DNA of 64,000 bases from Burkholderiales bacterium (GTDB taxonomy: Bacteria > Pseudomonadota > Gammaproteobacteria > Burkholderiales > Burkholderiaceae_E): the NCBI GenBank assembly GCA_017307915.1, contig JAFKGG010000364.1, positions 9,980 to 73,979 of the forward strand, in the 5' to 3' direction. Of the stretch, positions 46,076 to 55,995 are shown in pieces. Numbering within the stretch: the stretch's first letter is position 1; each line of letters begins with the position of its first letter. A model generated the notes under the pieces. It made no database searches, was not told the DNA's origin, and saw only the letters and a list, made by a program, of their open reading frames with translations. The position numbers were made by a program, and so were the translations under genes.

Positions 46076-47379
46076 ACAAGGAAGACAACGAAACGCTGTG
46101 CCGCGTCGGCAAGGGAACGCCGATGGGCGAGTTGCTGCGGCGCTACTGGATTCCCGCCGCGCTTTCCGAAGACCTGCCCGAGCCCGATTGCGATCCGATC
46201 CGGGTGCGCCTGCTGGCCCAGGATTTCGTCGCGTTTCGCGACAGCGCCGGCCGCGTCGGCATTCTCGATGAGCTCTGTCCGCATCGGCGCGCTTCGTTGG
46301 TGCTCGGCCGCACCGGCCACGGCGGCATCGAGTGCCTGTACCACGGCTGGCGGTTTTCGGTGCAAGGCAAGATTCTGCAGATGGCCAATTGCGACGATGA
46401 GAAGCTTGCCGAGCGTTACCGCGCGAACGCCTATCCGGTGCATGAGGTCGGCGGCATCATCTGGGTCTATCTCGGCCCGGCGCAGCATCAGCCGGCGTTT
46501 CCCTTGCATCCGTGGATGGAGGCGGCGCCGGAACATCGCTATACCCGCATCATCGCCAGCCATTCCAACTTCGTGCAGGTGATGGAAGGACTGCTGGATT
46601 CGTCGCACCTGGGCATCCTGCATCAGGATGCACTGCCGGCCGGCGATGGCTCGCAACGCTACGATCATCCGGGCAAGACCGAGAGCTTCCGCTATCTGAC
46701 CAGCCTGCGCGCACCCAAGATCGAAGTGCACGAAACCTCGTTCGGCATGTATTACGCCGCGCTGCGCAAGGTCGTGCACGACGGCCAGCCGATGGTCGAT
46801 ACGCGCCTGACCGCATTCGTCGCGCCGTTCACAGTCTACGTCGCATTCGACCACGGCCGCGTCGCGCTGACGCTGATCCCGGTCGATGACGAACACACCT
46901 ACTTCTACAACATCACCTGGGAAGACGAACGGCCGATCAATACCGAGCCCTATCGCAGCCAGATCGATCTGGCCGGCGGCACGCTGCCCGACGTGGCGCG
47001 GCGCTGGGGCTTCGCCCGTGAAACGCACGGCCAAGCGCGCACCGCCAGCCGCCAGAACAACTGGCTGCAGGACCGCGCAGCCATGCGACGCGGCGAGACC
47101 TATACCGGGCTGCCGCCGTTCACCGCCGAAGACGCGGCCATGACCAGCTCGATGGGGCCGATCTCGGATCGGCAGGAGCTGCTGGTGCCGGCCGACCTGG
47201 CCATCGTGCGCATGCGCCGCATGATGATCGAGGCGGCACGCTCGGTCGCGGCCGGCGGCACACCGCCCGGCTATGAGACGGGGCAGCATCCCGGCGACAT
47301 CGTGCCCTGGGCAAGAAAGCTCAGCCCGGGCGTCGACTGGCGCAGCATGCTGCCCGGAATGGAATCCGTGTCGGCCTAG
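46072..47379 (+). CDS. Second Rieske oxygenase, phthalate-dioxygenase/LigX-like
   Basis: GTPMGELLRRYW, CPH...CLYHGW, DSSHLGILH, EDAAMTSSMG. Confidence 0.92.
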   Translation: MNKEDNETLCRVGKGTPMGELLRRYWIPAALSEDLPEPDCDPIRVRLLAQDFVAFRDSAGRVGILDELCPHRRASLVLGRTGHGGIECLYHGWRFSVQGKILQMANCDDEKLAERYRANAYPVHEVGGIIWVYLGPAQHQPAFPLHPWMEAAPEHRYTRIIASHSNFVQVMEGLLDSSHLGILHQDALPAGDGSQRYDHPGKTESFRYLTSLRAPKIEVHETSFGMYYAALRKVVHDGQPMVDTRLTAFVAPFTVYVAFDHGRVALTLIPVDDEHTYFYNITWEDERPINTEPYRSQIDLAGGTLPDVARRWGFARETHGQARTASRQNNWLQDRAAMRRGETYTGLPPFTAEDAAMTSSMGPISDRQELLVPADLAIVRMRRMMIEAARSVAAGGTPPGYETGQHPGDIVPWARKLSPGVDWRSMLPGMESVSA

Positions 47380-47412
47380 CGTGCCGGCATCGCAGCCGCC
47401 CACAGCGACGAC

Positions 47413-48213
47413 ATGCCGCAGCGCCCTCGCCTGAGCTTCAGTCTGGCCGTGTCGCCGGGCATCAGTGCCCTGTTCGCCGAATGGCCGATGCCCGAGCGTC
47501 TTGCCCGGGCACGCGCCTGCGGCTTCGACGGCATCGAAGGGCCGCCGCCCAGCGATCCGGCGGCGCTGCGCGCCCGCCTCGATGCGCTCGGCATGTCGTT
47601 CACCTGCATGTCGTTCGCGCGCGGCGCCGCTGAGCGGGGCGAGCTGGGCATTGCGTGCCTAGCCGGCCGCTCGCAAGACTTCAAGGATGAACTGGCCCGC
47701 ACCATCGACACCGCCGCCATGCTGGGGTGCAAGCAGCTGCATCCGATGGCCGGCCTGGTGCCCGATGCGTCATCGCTTGCGCGCTGCAAAGATATCTATC
47801 TGGACAATCTGCATCACGCCTGCGCCACCGCTGCGGCGGTGGGCATGCAGATCCTCATCGAACCGATCTGCGCGCAGCGCCAGCCGCGCTATCTGCTGCA
47901 GCGCGCTGCGCAAGCGCTGGAATGGATAAGCGAGATCGGAGCGTCGAACCTGTCCTTGATTCTCGACCTGTACCATACGGCCGCCGAAGGCGAATCCGCG
48001 CCGCGGATCGCCGCTGAGCACGCCGCGTCGATCGGCATCGTGCAGCTTGCGCAGTGGCCGGCGCGAACGCAGCCGGCGCAAGACGACCCGGTGCTGTGCC
48101 AGACATTGGCCGCGCTGGATGAAGCCGATTGGCATAGCTGGATCTGCGCCGAATACGTGCCGACCGGCCCGACGCTGCACTCCCTGGATTGGATACGGAA
48201 CCTGCATTCATGA
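47413..48213 (+). CDS. Hydroxypyruvate isomerase-like TIM-barrel protein
   Basis: ARACGFDGIE, LHPMAG, LIEPI, DLYH, AEYVP. Confidence 0.8.
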   Translation: MPQRPRLSFSLAVSPGISALFAEWPMPERLARARACGFDGIEGPPPSDPAALRARLDALGMSFTCMSFARGAAERGELGIACLAGRSQDFKDELARTIDTAAMLGCKQLHPMAGLVPDASSLARCKDIYLDNLHHACATAAAVGMQILIEPICAQRQPRYLLQRAAQALEWISEIGASNLSLILDLYHTAAEGESAPRIAAEHAASIGIVQLAQWPARTQPAQDDPVLCQTLAALDEADWHSWICAEYVPTGPTLHSLDWIRNLHS

Positions 48214-49076
48214 CCACGACAAGCCCAGCTTCGATCGAAGCCGCCGTGTGCGCGTTCGGTCCGCGCTTCGACTCGGACATTCTGGCGGCCACTCATGACA
48301 TCTATCGGCCGCACATTCCTGAAGGCGACGGCCCCGCGCTGGCCGACGTCAGCTATGGCCCCGATGAACGCCACCGCCTCGACGTCTACCTGCCGCACGG
48401 CGCCGTACGCGGGATCGTGATCTACGTTCACGGCGGCGGCTTCGTACGCGGCGAAAAGAATCTCGACGGCGTCTTCTATCGGAACATCGGGCAGTTCCTC
48501 GCCGGTGAGCATTTCGCCACGGTGGTTCCCAACTATCGCCGCGCGCCGCTGCACGCATGGCCCTGCGGCGCCCAAGACGTGCAGCGCACGGTGCAATGGG
48601 TACACGACAACGCGCAGCATTTCGGCGGCCGCTTGCCGCCGGTGTTCGTCATGGGCCAATCGGCCGGCGCCAGCCATGTCGCCTCGTGGTTCTTCGACGA
48701 CGAAGCCCGCGGCGGCGCGCTGCCGACCGTCAATGGCGTTCTGCTGATGAGCGGCTTCTACAAGGCTCATGCGCCGCTCGCGGAAAATATCGCCGCCTAT
48801 TTCGGCAGCGATGCGACCCTCTACGCGCAGCGCTCGCCGTTGACGCACGTGAAGTCCACGCAAACGCCGCTGTGGTTAAGCGTTGCGGAGCTGGACCCGG
48901 GCAGGATCGCTTCGCACACGTTCGAGCTGGCGCAGGCCATCACCGAGCGCAACGGCCGCAGCCCGGAGTTCGCCTGGTTGCGTGGCCACAATCACGTATC
49001 GACCGTGTTGAGCCTGGGGTCGCCGCAGACCGACGTGAGCGCGGAGATCCTGCGGTTCCTGCATGCCCATGCATAG
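48210..49076 (+). CDS. Alpha/beta hydrolase (HSL-like esterase / arylformamidase-like)
   Basis: RLDVY, VHGGGF, GQSAG, HNH. Confidence 0.88.
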   Translation: MTTTSPASIEAAVCAFGPRFDSDILAATHDIYRPHIPEGDGPALADVSYGPDERHRLDVYLPHGAVRGIVIYVHGGGFVRGEKNLDGVFYRNIGQFLAGEHFATVVPNYRRAPLHAWPCGAQDVQRTVQWVHDNAQHFGGRLPPVFVMGQSAGASHVASWFFDDEARGGALPTVNGVLLMSGFYKAHAPLAENIAAYFGSDATLYAQRSPLTHVKSTQTPLWLSVAELDPGRIASHTFELAQAITERNGRSPEFAWLRGHNHVSTVLSLGSPQTDVSAEILRFLHAHA

Positions 49077-49099
49077 CGCGGCCGCGCAGCCGCCGAGCC

Positions 49100-49909
49100 T
49101 TACCCGCCCTGATCGCCGCGCGGCATCGTCGCCCGAATCTGCTCGGCCGCCCGCCGCAGCGGCACCAGGAACCGCCTGACCGCTTCCTTCTCATCGCACG
49201 TGCCGGCGATCAGACTCACATTGATGGCGGCGATCGGTTGCCCCGAGGCGTCGCGCACCGGCACCCCGATGCCGGCAATCGCCGGATCGAGCACACCGTC
49301 GATCCAGGCATAGCCGTCGCGCTGGATGCGGTCGAGATGCTCGCGCAGTTCGCGCGCCCATACACCGGCCTTGACGGGGCCGGCACGCGGCGCGGCCGCT
49401 TGCACATAGTCGCGCCAGGCGGCCTCGGGCAAGGCCGCCAGCAACACCCGCCCGATCGAGACCAGATGGGCCGGCAGGCGGCTGCCGACGCTCAGGTTGG
49501 TCGCCAGGATGCGTTGCGACGGAATGCGCAGCACGTAGACGATCTCGGTGCCGTGCAGCACCCCCATCGAACACGATTCGCCGACGTGGCTGCGCAATTC
49601 TTCGAGCGCCGGCTGCGCGACCGGCCAATACGGCTGCGTGTACAGATACGACAGGCCCAGCGACAGCACCTTCGGCGTCAACGCGAACGATTTGCCGTCG
49701 GTTTCGGCGTATTCCTGCTCGCACAGCGTCAGCAGCAGCCGCTTGGCCACGCTGCGCGGCAATGCGCTGGCATCGGCGATCTGCGCGATGGTCTTGCGGC
49801 GCGAACCCTTGCCCATCGCATCGATGACGGAAAGCCCGCGAGCAAAGGCGCGGACGAACGATTCGGAGTCTGTATTGCTCACGGCTGGTTCATGAGTGGA
49901 TGGCATCAC
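49100..49909 (-). CDS. IclR-family regulator, PcaR/PobR-like
   Basis: FVRAFARGLSVI, LTPKVLSLG, GSRLPAH..SIGRVLLA. Confidence 0.92.
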   Translation of the reverse strand: MMPSTHEPAVSNTDSESFVRAFARGLSVIDAMGKGSRRKTIAQIADASALPRSVAKRLLLTLCEQEYAETDGKSFALTPKVLSLGLSYLYTQPYWPVAQPALEELRSHVGESCSMGVLHGTEIVYVLRIPSQRILATNLSVGSRLPAHLVSIGRVLLAALPEAAWRDYVQAAAPRAGPVKAGVWARELREHLDRIQRDGYAWIDGVLDPAIAGIGVPVRDASGQPIAAINVSLIAGTCDEKEAVRRFLVPLRRAAEQIRATMPRGDQGG

Positions 49910-49970
49910 TCGCCAAGGCTACCCGATCCGCGCGGCGCCGAGACGCGCTTGACAGAACGTCGGCCAGAAG

Positions 49971-50014
49971 TTTAATGTGGATTAAATCGGTGACATTCGT
50001 TCGCCTGGCGGTTA
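49971..50014. promoter_or_regulatory. Candidate operators in the iclR / bug divergent promoter
   Basis: TTTAAT-GTGG-ATTAAA (49971-49986) and CGTTCGCCTGGCGGTTA (49998-50014). Confidence 0.45.
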
Positions 50015-50084
50015 TCAAAGAAAACCCCTCCTCAGACGCGATCCCACCGGCCGGAATCGCAGCCCATCCACTCGGAGACAACTC

Positions 50085-51050
50085 ATGAATCCTCTGTTTC
50101 GCGCCGCGCTCGTCGCTGCCGGCATGGCCGCCGCCGCCATGGTTCAAGCGCAGAACTTTCCCAGCCAATCGGTGCGTATGATCGTTCCGTTCCCGCCCGG
50201 CGGCACCACCGACATCCTGGCGCGCGACGTCGCAGCCCAGTTGAGCACGCGCTGGAACGTGGCGGTCGTCGTCGACAACAAGGGGGGTGCCAGCGGCACG
50301 ATCGGATCGGAACAACTGGTGCGCTCGGCGCCCGACGGCTACACGCTGATGGTCACGGCCACGCACCACGTCATCAACCCGAGCTTGATGAAGAAGCTGC
50401 CGTACGACACGAAGCGCGATTTCACGCCGATCGCGCAGATCGCGCTGGTTCCCAACGTGCTGGTGGTGCACCCCAGCGTGCCGGCCAAGTCGGTGGCTGA
50501 ACTGATCCAGCTAGCCAAGGCCAAGCCGGGTTCGCTGAGCTTCGGCTCGGCCGGCATCGGCGGCGCCAATCATCTGTCGGGCGAACTGTTCAAGGCCATG
50601 GCCAACGTCGACATGGTGCACATCCCCTACAAGGGCGCGGCGCCGTCGCTGAACGACCTGCTGGGCGGCCAGATTCCGATGATGTTCGATTCGGTGCCCG
50701 GCGTGATCCAGCACATCCGCGACGGCAGGCTGCGCGCGCTCGGCGTCACGTCGATCCGCCGCGTTCCCAGCCTGCCGAATGTGCCCACCATCGACGAAGC
50801 CGGCGTGAAAGGCTTCGAGGCGACCGCCTGGTTCGGCATGTACGCACCGCCCAACATGTCGCCCGCGCTGGCCGCGCGCATCGCCGGCGACGTGGCCGAG
50901 GTGCTGAAGTCACCGGCCATCCAGGATCGCTTCGAGAAGTTCAGCGCCGTCAGCACGCCGATGACGCAGCCGCAGTTCGTCGATTTCGTGAACAAGGAAA
51001 TCGACAAGTGGGCCGACGTCGTCAAGCGCGCCAAGATCGAGGCGCAGTGA
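50085..51050 (+). CDS. Bug/TctC substrate-binding protein
   Basis: Signal peptide, PFPPGGTTD, DNKGGASG, PDGYT, HIPYKGAA. Confidence 0.94.
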   Translation: MNPLFRAALVAAGMAAAAMVQAQNFPSQSVRMIVPFPPGGTTDILARDVAAQLSTRWNVAVVVDNKGGASGTIGSEQLVRSAPDGYTLMVTATHHVINPSLMKKLPYDTKRDFTPIAQIALVPNVLVVHPSVPAKSVAELIQLAKAKPGSLSFGSAGIGGANHLSGELFKAMANVDMVHIPYKGAAPSLNDLLGGQIPMMFDSVPGVIQHIRDGRLRALGVTSIRRVPSLPNVPTIDEAGVKGFEATAWFGMYAPPNMSPALAARIAGDVAEVLKSPAIQDRFEKFSAVSTPMTQPQFVDFVNKEIDKWADVVKRAKIEAQ

Positions 51051-51055
51051 TCGCT

Positions 51056-51090
51056 GCATGGGGCACGCCGCATGCCGGCCTGCCCCATGC
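51056..51090. terminator. Hairpin between convergent genes
   Basis: GCATGGGGCA...TGCCCCATGC, 10-bp stem; no U-tract. Confidence 0.45.
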
Positions 51091-51147
51091 CGTGGCATGG
51101 ACTGCGCGGCCCGGCCCGTATAGGGCGCGGCGCCGCGCGCAGACCGC

Positions 51148-52416
51148 TCAGATCGCCCCGCGAGCACGCATCGCAGCGATCTCGCTGTCGTCCTTCCCCA
51201 GCACTTCGCGCAGCACGGCCTCGGTATCCTGCCCCAGCACCGGCGGCGCGCGATCGTAGACCGGCGGCGTGGCCGCCAGCCGCAAGGGGCTGGCGATCGT
51301 GCCGGCCATCGCGCCATCGGCGCGCGGCACGTCCACGCGCAGCCCGCGGTGACGAACCTGCGGATCCTCGAAGGTCTGCCGGTAGTCGTTGACCGGCCCG
51401 CAGGGCACGCCGACCGCTTCGAGCCGTTCGATCCAGCAGGCCGTGGTCTGCGTGCGCATCGTGCGGGCCAGCTCATCGACCAGCGCCTCGCGCCCCAGGA
51501 TGCGGCCGGTGACCGTCACGTAGCGCGGATCGGCCGCCAGGTCGTCGCGGCCGATCGCCTCGCAGTAGCGCTGCCACTGCGCATCGTTGCCGACCGCCAC
51601 GATCACCTCGCCATCAGACGAAGCGAAGGTCTGATAAGGCACCAGGCTGGCATGCGCATTGCCGTAGCGGTGCGGCACCTTGCCGCTGGCGAAGTAGCCG
51701 GTGACCTGGTTGCCGCCCAGCGCAACCACGCAATCGAGCAGCGCCATGTCGATGTACTGCCCCACGCCGGTGACGCTGCGCGAGTTCAGCGCGGACAGGA
51801 TCGCGATCGTGGCATACATGCCGGTGAGCACGTCGGCGATCGCGATGCCCACCTTCTGCGGCCCGCCGCCCGGCGCATCGTCGCGCTCGCCGGTGATGCT
51901 CATCAGCCCGCCCAGGCCCTGGAACACGAAATCGTAGCCGGGCTTGTGCGCCGATGGGCCGCTCTGCCCATAGCCGGTGATCGAGCAATAGACGAGACCC
52001 GGATTGATCTCGCGCAGTTGCTCGTAGCCGAGCCCATAGCGGACCAGATCGCCGACCTTGTAGTTCTCGATCAGCACGTCGGACTTGGCCACCAACTGCC
52101 TGATCAGCGCCTGCCCTTCGGGCCCGGCGATGTCCACCGTCATCGACTTCTTGCCGCGATTGGCCGCTGCGAAGTAGGTGGAATCGCCGCTGTCCTTGCC
52201 GTCCGCGTCTTTCAGCCATGGCGGCCCCCAGCGACGCGTATCGTCACCGACGCCCGGGCGCTCGATCTTGATCACCTCGGCGCCCATGTCGGCGAGATTC
52301 TGCGTGCACCACGGCCCGGCCAGGATTCGCGACAGATCCAGAACACGAATGTGCGACAGCGCACCGCGTTGCCTGCTCGAGTCCACGCTCACGCCTCCAT
52401 CGGACATGCGATTCAA
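51148..52416 (-). CDS. Class III CoA-transferase (close paralog of 23462..24715)
   Basis: DLSRILAGPWCTQNLADMGAE, NRGKKS, ENYKVG, GIAIAD. Confidence 0.93.
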   Translation of the reverse strand: MNRMSDGGVSVDSSRQRGALSHIRVLDLSRILAGPWCTQNLADMGAEVIKIERPGVGDDTRRWGPPWLKDADGKDSGDSTYFAAANRGKKSMTVDIAGPEGQALIRQLVAKSDVLIENYKVGDLVRYGLGYEQLREINPGLVYCSITGYGQSGPSAHKPGYDFVFQGLGGLMSITGERDDAPGGGPQKVGIAIADVLTGMYATIAILSALNSRSVTGVGQYIDMALLDCVVALGGNQVTGYFASGKVPHRYGNAHASLVPYQTFASSDGEVIVAVGNDAQWQRYCEAIGRDDLAADPRYVTVTGRILGREALVDELARTMRTQTTACWIERLEAVGVPCGPVNDYRQTFEDPQVRHRGLRVDVPRADGAMAGTIASPLRLAATPPVYDRAPPVLGQDTEAVLREVLGKDDSEIAAMRARGAI

Positions 52417-52862
52417 CGACCCGCCGAAATCGGCAGCTCGACCATCGCTTCGCCGGTGGCGACCACTTCATCGCGCTGGTTCTTCACCTGGATGTCGAGC
52501 AGCGCATAGCAGGCGCTGTCGGTACGCTTGAGCGACGACACCGTGCCGTGCGGGCGGATCGTGTCGCCGGGCTTGACCGGCACGCGCCAGCGCGTCTCCA
52601 GCCGGCGATGGATACCGCCGATCGGCAACAGCCAATCGGTCAGCATCCGGCTGATGATGCCGAAGTTGGTCATGCCGTGCATGATGATGCCGCCGAACTG
52701 GGTCTTGCCGAAGCTGCCCTTCATGTAGTTGTCGTCGAGATGCAGCGGATTGAAGTCCAGCGAGGCTTCGCAGAACTCGCGGATCGTTTCGCGCGTCGGC
52801 GAAAACGGCTGGCCCTGGATCTGAAAGCCCGGGCGGATGTCGGTATTGGCGGAGCTGGTCAT
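52413..52862 (-). CDS. MaoC-family (hot-dog) R-specific hydratase subunit
   Basis: SLDFNPLHLD, GIIMHGM, PVKPGDTI. Confidence 0.88.
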   Translation of the reverse strand: MTSSANTDIRPGFQIQGQPFSPTRETIREFCEASLDFNPLHLDDNYMKGSFGKTQFGGIIMHGMTNFGIISRMLTDWLLPIGGIHRRLETRWRVPVKPGDTIRPHGTVSSLKRTDSACYALLDIQVKNQRDEVVATGEAMVELPISAGR

Positions 52863-52872
52863 GTCGGTTTCC

Positions 52873-53352
52873 TCAGGCCGGGCGAATCGTCCAGCCGCGG
52901 CCGGAGCAGATCACTTCGTCGTTCTGGTTGAAGAACACGTTGTCGTGGATCACGAACAAACGGTCTTTCTTGATGAACTTGTCGAGCGCCCGCGCTTGCA
53001 GGCGGATCATGTCGCCCGGGCGCGCCGGAATGTTGTAGCTCCAGGACTGGCCTGCGTTCACCGTGCCCGGGCTGCGCATCCAGTCATCGGTGGGCGTGCA
53101 CGAGAACATCAACAGGATGTGGATCGACGGCGGCGCGATCAGCCCGCCATAGCGTGAACGCCGGGCATATTCCTCGTCGAAGTACAGCGGGTTCAGGTCG
53201 TTGACCGAACGGCAGTACTTCTGGATCGCCTCCAGCGTCAGCAGGTAGGGAATCGTCGGCCGCGGCTCGCCGGGCACGATCTGGTCCCAGGTCTTGCGCT
53301 GCGCGTTGTCTTTCCAGAAATCGGTTTCGAACTCTTGCGTCGTTTGCGTCAT
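52873..53352 (-). CDS. MaoC/FAS1-like dehydratase N-terminal-type subunit
   Basis: VNDLNPLYFDEEYA, GLIAPP, PARPGDMI. Confidence 0.85.
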   Translation of the reverse strand: MTQTTQEFETDFWKDNAQRKTWDQIVPGEPRPTIPYLLTLEAIQKYCRSVNDLNPLYFDEEYARRSRYGGLIAPPSIHILLMFSCTPTDDWMRSPGTVNAGQSWSYNIPARPGDMIRLQARALDKFIKKDRLFVIHDNVFFNQNDEVICSGRGWTIRPA

Positions 53353-53382
53353 GAAGGAGCCCTTCGGATCAGGGGATTCGTT

Positions 53383-55125
53383 TCAAAGAGGTACCGCGCA
53401 GGCGCCATGTGCGACGCCCAGAATGCGGTGGAAGCTATCAGCCAGCATGGCGGCACCTTCGCCGTTGCGGCCGGCGGCCAGCCGGCGCGCGATGAAGCCG
53501 TCGGGCCGGATCAGGAAGGCATCCGACGGATCGGCGCCGTACAGATGTGAGAACTTGTCGTCTTCGGGCACATAGGCGCCGCTCTCGCCGACGAACAGCA
53601 CCGACAAGGGCACGCCGAGCTCATCGATGACCTGCTGTGCCGCCTTTGCCCAGACGTCGGCCTTCTCCTGGATCAGCAGGGTGAAGCCGGGCCCCCACAG
53701 ATCGACGATCGAGACGCGCCGGCCTTCGGCGTTGCGCAGCCAGACATGCGGCGCGCGCGCGCCGGGCAGCGTGGTCTCGACGTAGTCGGCCAAGGTAGGC
53801 GGCGGCGGTGCGCTGCACTCATCGCGGATGATCGCCGCCGACTCGTACACCGTGCCGAGCTGATAGCCCGTGTGCAACACGCTGTTGTCGCCATGCGCCT
53901 GCGCATGCTGGCGAAGAAAGCGCAGCCCGACGTCGCTGATCGTCCCTTTGGTGAACAGATCGGGCTCGCCGATCAGCGCGGCCGTCACGATCGAGCGGAA
54001 GTTCATCGAGTTGTAGGTCGCCGACTTCACGGTCAGCAGCCCCTTGGCCTTGCGCTCGGGTTCGTACGTGTCGAGCAGGGCCGATGCCGCAATGCCCTTG
54101 ACCACCAGCCCCAGCTTCCATGCCAGGTTGTTCACGTCTTGGATGCCCGAGTTCATGCCGAACCCGCCCCAGGGCGAATGCCAATGCGCCGCGTCGCCGG
54201 CAAACAGCACATTGCCTTCGCGCCACTTACGCAGCAGCCCGGTGGTGTAGTCGAAACGATAGAGCTGCACGATCTCGATCGGCAGTTCCGGCATGCCCAG
54301 TGCCCCACGCAGCCGCTCGAGCACCACGTCTTCATCGGGCAGCGTTTCTTCGTCGTGGCCGAAGCTGTAGCGCCACAGCCCGGTTTCGGGGTGCTGGCTG
54401 CCGAACCAGCCCGCATAACGCGGATCGAGAATGAACGAGTGGAAGAAGCCGTCGCGGCCCAGCGTGTCTTCCAGATCGGCGCGGAACTCGACCAGGATCT
54501 GGTTGCCGAACGTCGGGCCATGATCCTGCCCGTTGGCGATACGGCCGCGGATGAAACTGTGCGCGCCATCGCAGGCCACCAAGTAGCGGCTGCGCACTTC
54601 GGTCACGGCCTGGGAATCGATCTGCTGCACCTTCAGACGAACCGCGTCATCGCCGCTGTCCACGTCGATGACGCGCGTGGCGAAGTGCAGCCCCACATTG
54701 GGCCATTGATCAGCCTGCCGGCAGATCGCAGCCTCGTATTCCGAGGCCGGCACCTTGCGCGGATAAGCGGGGCTCAGGTGCTCCCACTTCTTCATGTAAT
54801 TGAAATCGGAACCGCTCGATTGCCGGATCTCGGCAACCGGCCCCTTGGCCACGTTCAGATAAAAACCCTGGCCATTGGAACGCGCGATCGACCAGCCGGC
54901 CTTCTCCAGCCGGTTCCACACGCCCCATTGCCGGAACAATTCGCCGGTCGAGGCATGCACGTACTGCCCCTTGGGCAGCGTCGTGGTGCTGGCGCGCTTT
55001 TCGAACAAGGCCACGCTCAAGCCGGCGCGCCCGAGCAGGTAGGCGCAAGCCAGGCCCGACGGGCCGCCACCGCAGATCGCGACGTCGACCGAGTAATCCG
55101 CGTCCTTCTTCGACAGGGCGTTCAT
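53383..55125 (-). CDS. FAD-dependent aromatic monooxygenase (PheA/TfdB-like, class A)
   Basis: GGGPSG, ACDGAHS, AGDAAH..SPWGGFGMNSGIQDVNNLAWKL, C-terminal LIRPDG. Confidence 0.92.
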   Translation of the reverse strand: MNALSKKDADYSVDVAICGGGPSGLACAYLLGRAGLSVALFEKRASTTTLPKGQYVHASTGELFRQWGVWNRLEKAGWSIARSNGQGFYLNVAKGPVAEIRQSSGSDFNYMKKWEHLSPAYPRKVPASEYEAAICRQADQWPNVGLHFATRVIDVDSGDDAVRLKVQQIDSQAVTEVRSRYLVACDGAHSFIRGRIANGQDHGPTFGNQILVEFRADLEDTLGRDGFFHSFILDPRYAGWFGSQHPETGLWRYSFGHDEETLPDEDVVLERLRGALGMPELPIEIVQLYRFDYTTGLLRKWREGNVLFAGDAAHWHSPWGGFGMNSGIQDVNNLAWKLGLVVKGIAASALLDTYEPERKAKGLLTVKSATYNSMNFRSIVTAALIGEPDLFTKGTISDVGLRFLRQHAQAHGDNSVLHTGYQLGTVYESAAIIRDECSAPPPPTLADYVETTLPGARAPHVWLRNAEGRRVSIVDLWGPGFTLLIQEKADVWAKAAQQVIDELGVPLSVLFVGESGAYVPEDDKFSHLYGADPSDAFLIRPDGFIARRLAAGRNGEGAAMLADSFHRILGVAHGACAVPL

Positions 55126-55964
55126 ACGGCGATCCTTTTCGTGTCGCTGCGCGCCATCCGCGCCGGCGATTTGTTCCATTCCGACCATGAACCGACGAAC
55201 AGCCGCGGCCGGGTGCCGAGCGATGACAGAGTCAACACCAGCAGCGCCGACAGCACGCCGCCGCCGCAATACACGACCACGTCGCGTTGCGGCGATACGC
55301 CGGCGTCGGCATAGATCTGCGAGATCTCGCGGATCGTGCGCAGCGTCGCGCCCGGCGTCCATTGATCGGCGGCAGGCAGATTGATCGCACGCGGGATGGC
55401 GCCGGCCTGGAACGAGCCCTCGTCGCGCGCATCGATCAGCAGCGCGTCTTCAGGCAGCGTCTCGACTTCCTGCACATCGATCGACGGCAGCTGGCCCGGC
55501 TGCAGCACCAGCGGCACGCCGCTGGCCTGCAGCCGCGGATGCGAATCGCCGCGCGCCACCGGTCCGCCGTTGTTGATCCAGGCTTTCATGCCGCCGTCGA
55601 GCACCTTCACGTCTTTCAGGCCAGCCCACTTCAGCACCCACCAGCCGCGCGCTGCCAGGGCTGCCGATGGGCCGTAGGTCACTACTTCGGTCTCGCCGTC
55701 GACCCCCCAACCCAGCAGCGTCTGGCGCAGGCGGTCGATGTCGGGCAGCGGCAGGTTGCCGCTGTCGGCCGACGGCTCTGCGGCGAAGACCTCGCGAATC
55801 TGCGCATGAACGGCGCCGAGGATGTGGCAGTCGAGAAAGCTCTCGTACTCTTCGTCGGGCTCGCCGAGCCGCACATCGATGAACAAGCGGTTGCGCGAAG
55901 GTGCCGCCAGCAGATCGGCGGCCTGGACGAGATCCTGCGAGACGGATGACAACAAGTGCTTCAT
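55122..55964 (-). CDS. Tandem-domain rhodanese / sulfurtransferase (MST-like)
   Basis: HILGAV, ARGWWVLKWAG..DVKVLDGG, IDAR, YCGGGV active loop, GSWSEW. Confidence 0.88.
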   Translation of the reverse strand: MKHLLSSVSQDLVQAADLLAAPSRNRLFIDVRLGEPDEEYESFLDCHILGAVHAQIREVFAAEPSADSGNLPLPDIDRLRQTLLGWGVDGETEVVTYGPSAALAARGWWVLKWAGLKDVKVLDGGMKAWINNGGPVARGDSHPRLQASGVPLVLQPGQLPSIDVQEVETLPEDALLIDARDEGSFQAGAIPRAINLPAADQWTPGATLRTIREISQIYADAGVSPQRDVVVYCGGGVLSALLVLTLSSLGTRPRLFVGSWSEWNKSPARMARSDTKRIAV

Positions 55965-55995
55965 CGGAGCCCTCGATGCGTACGTGGATGAAGGC

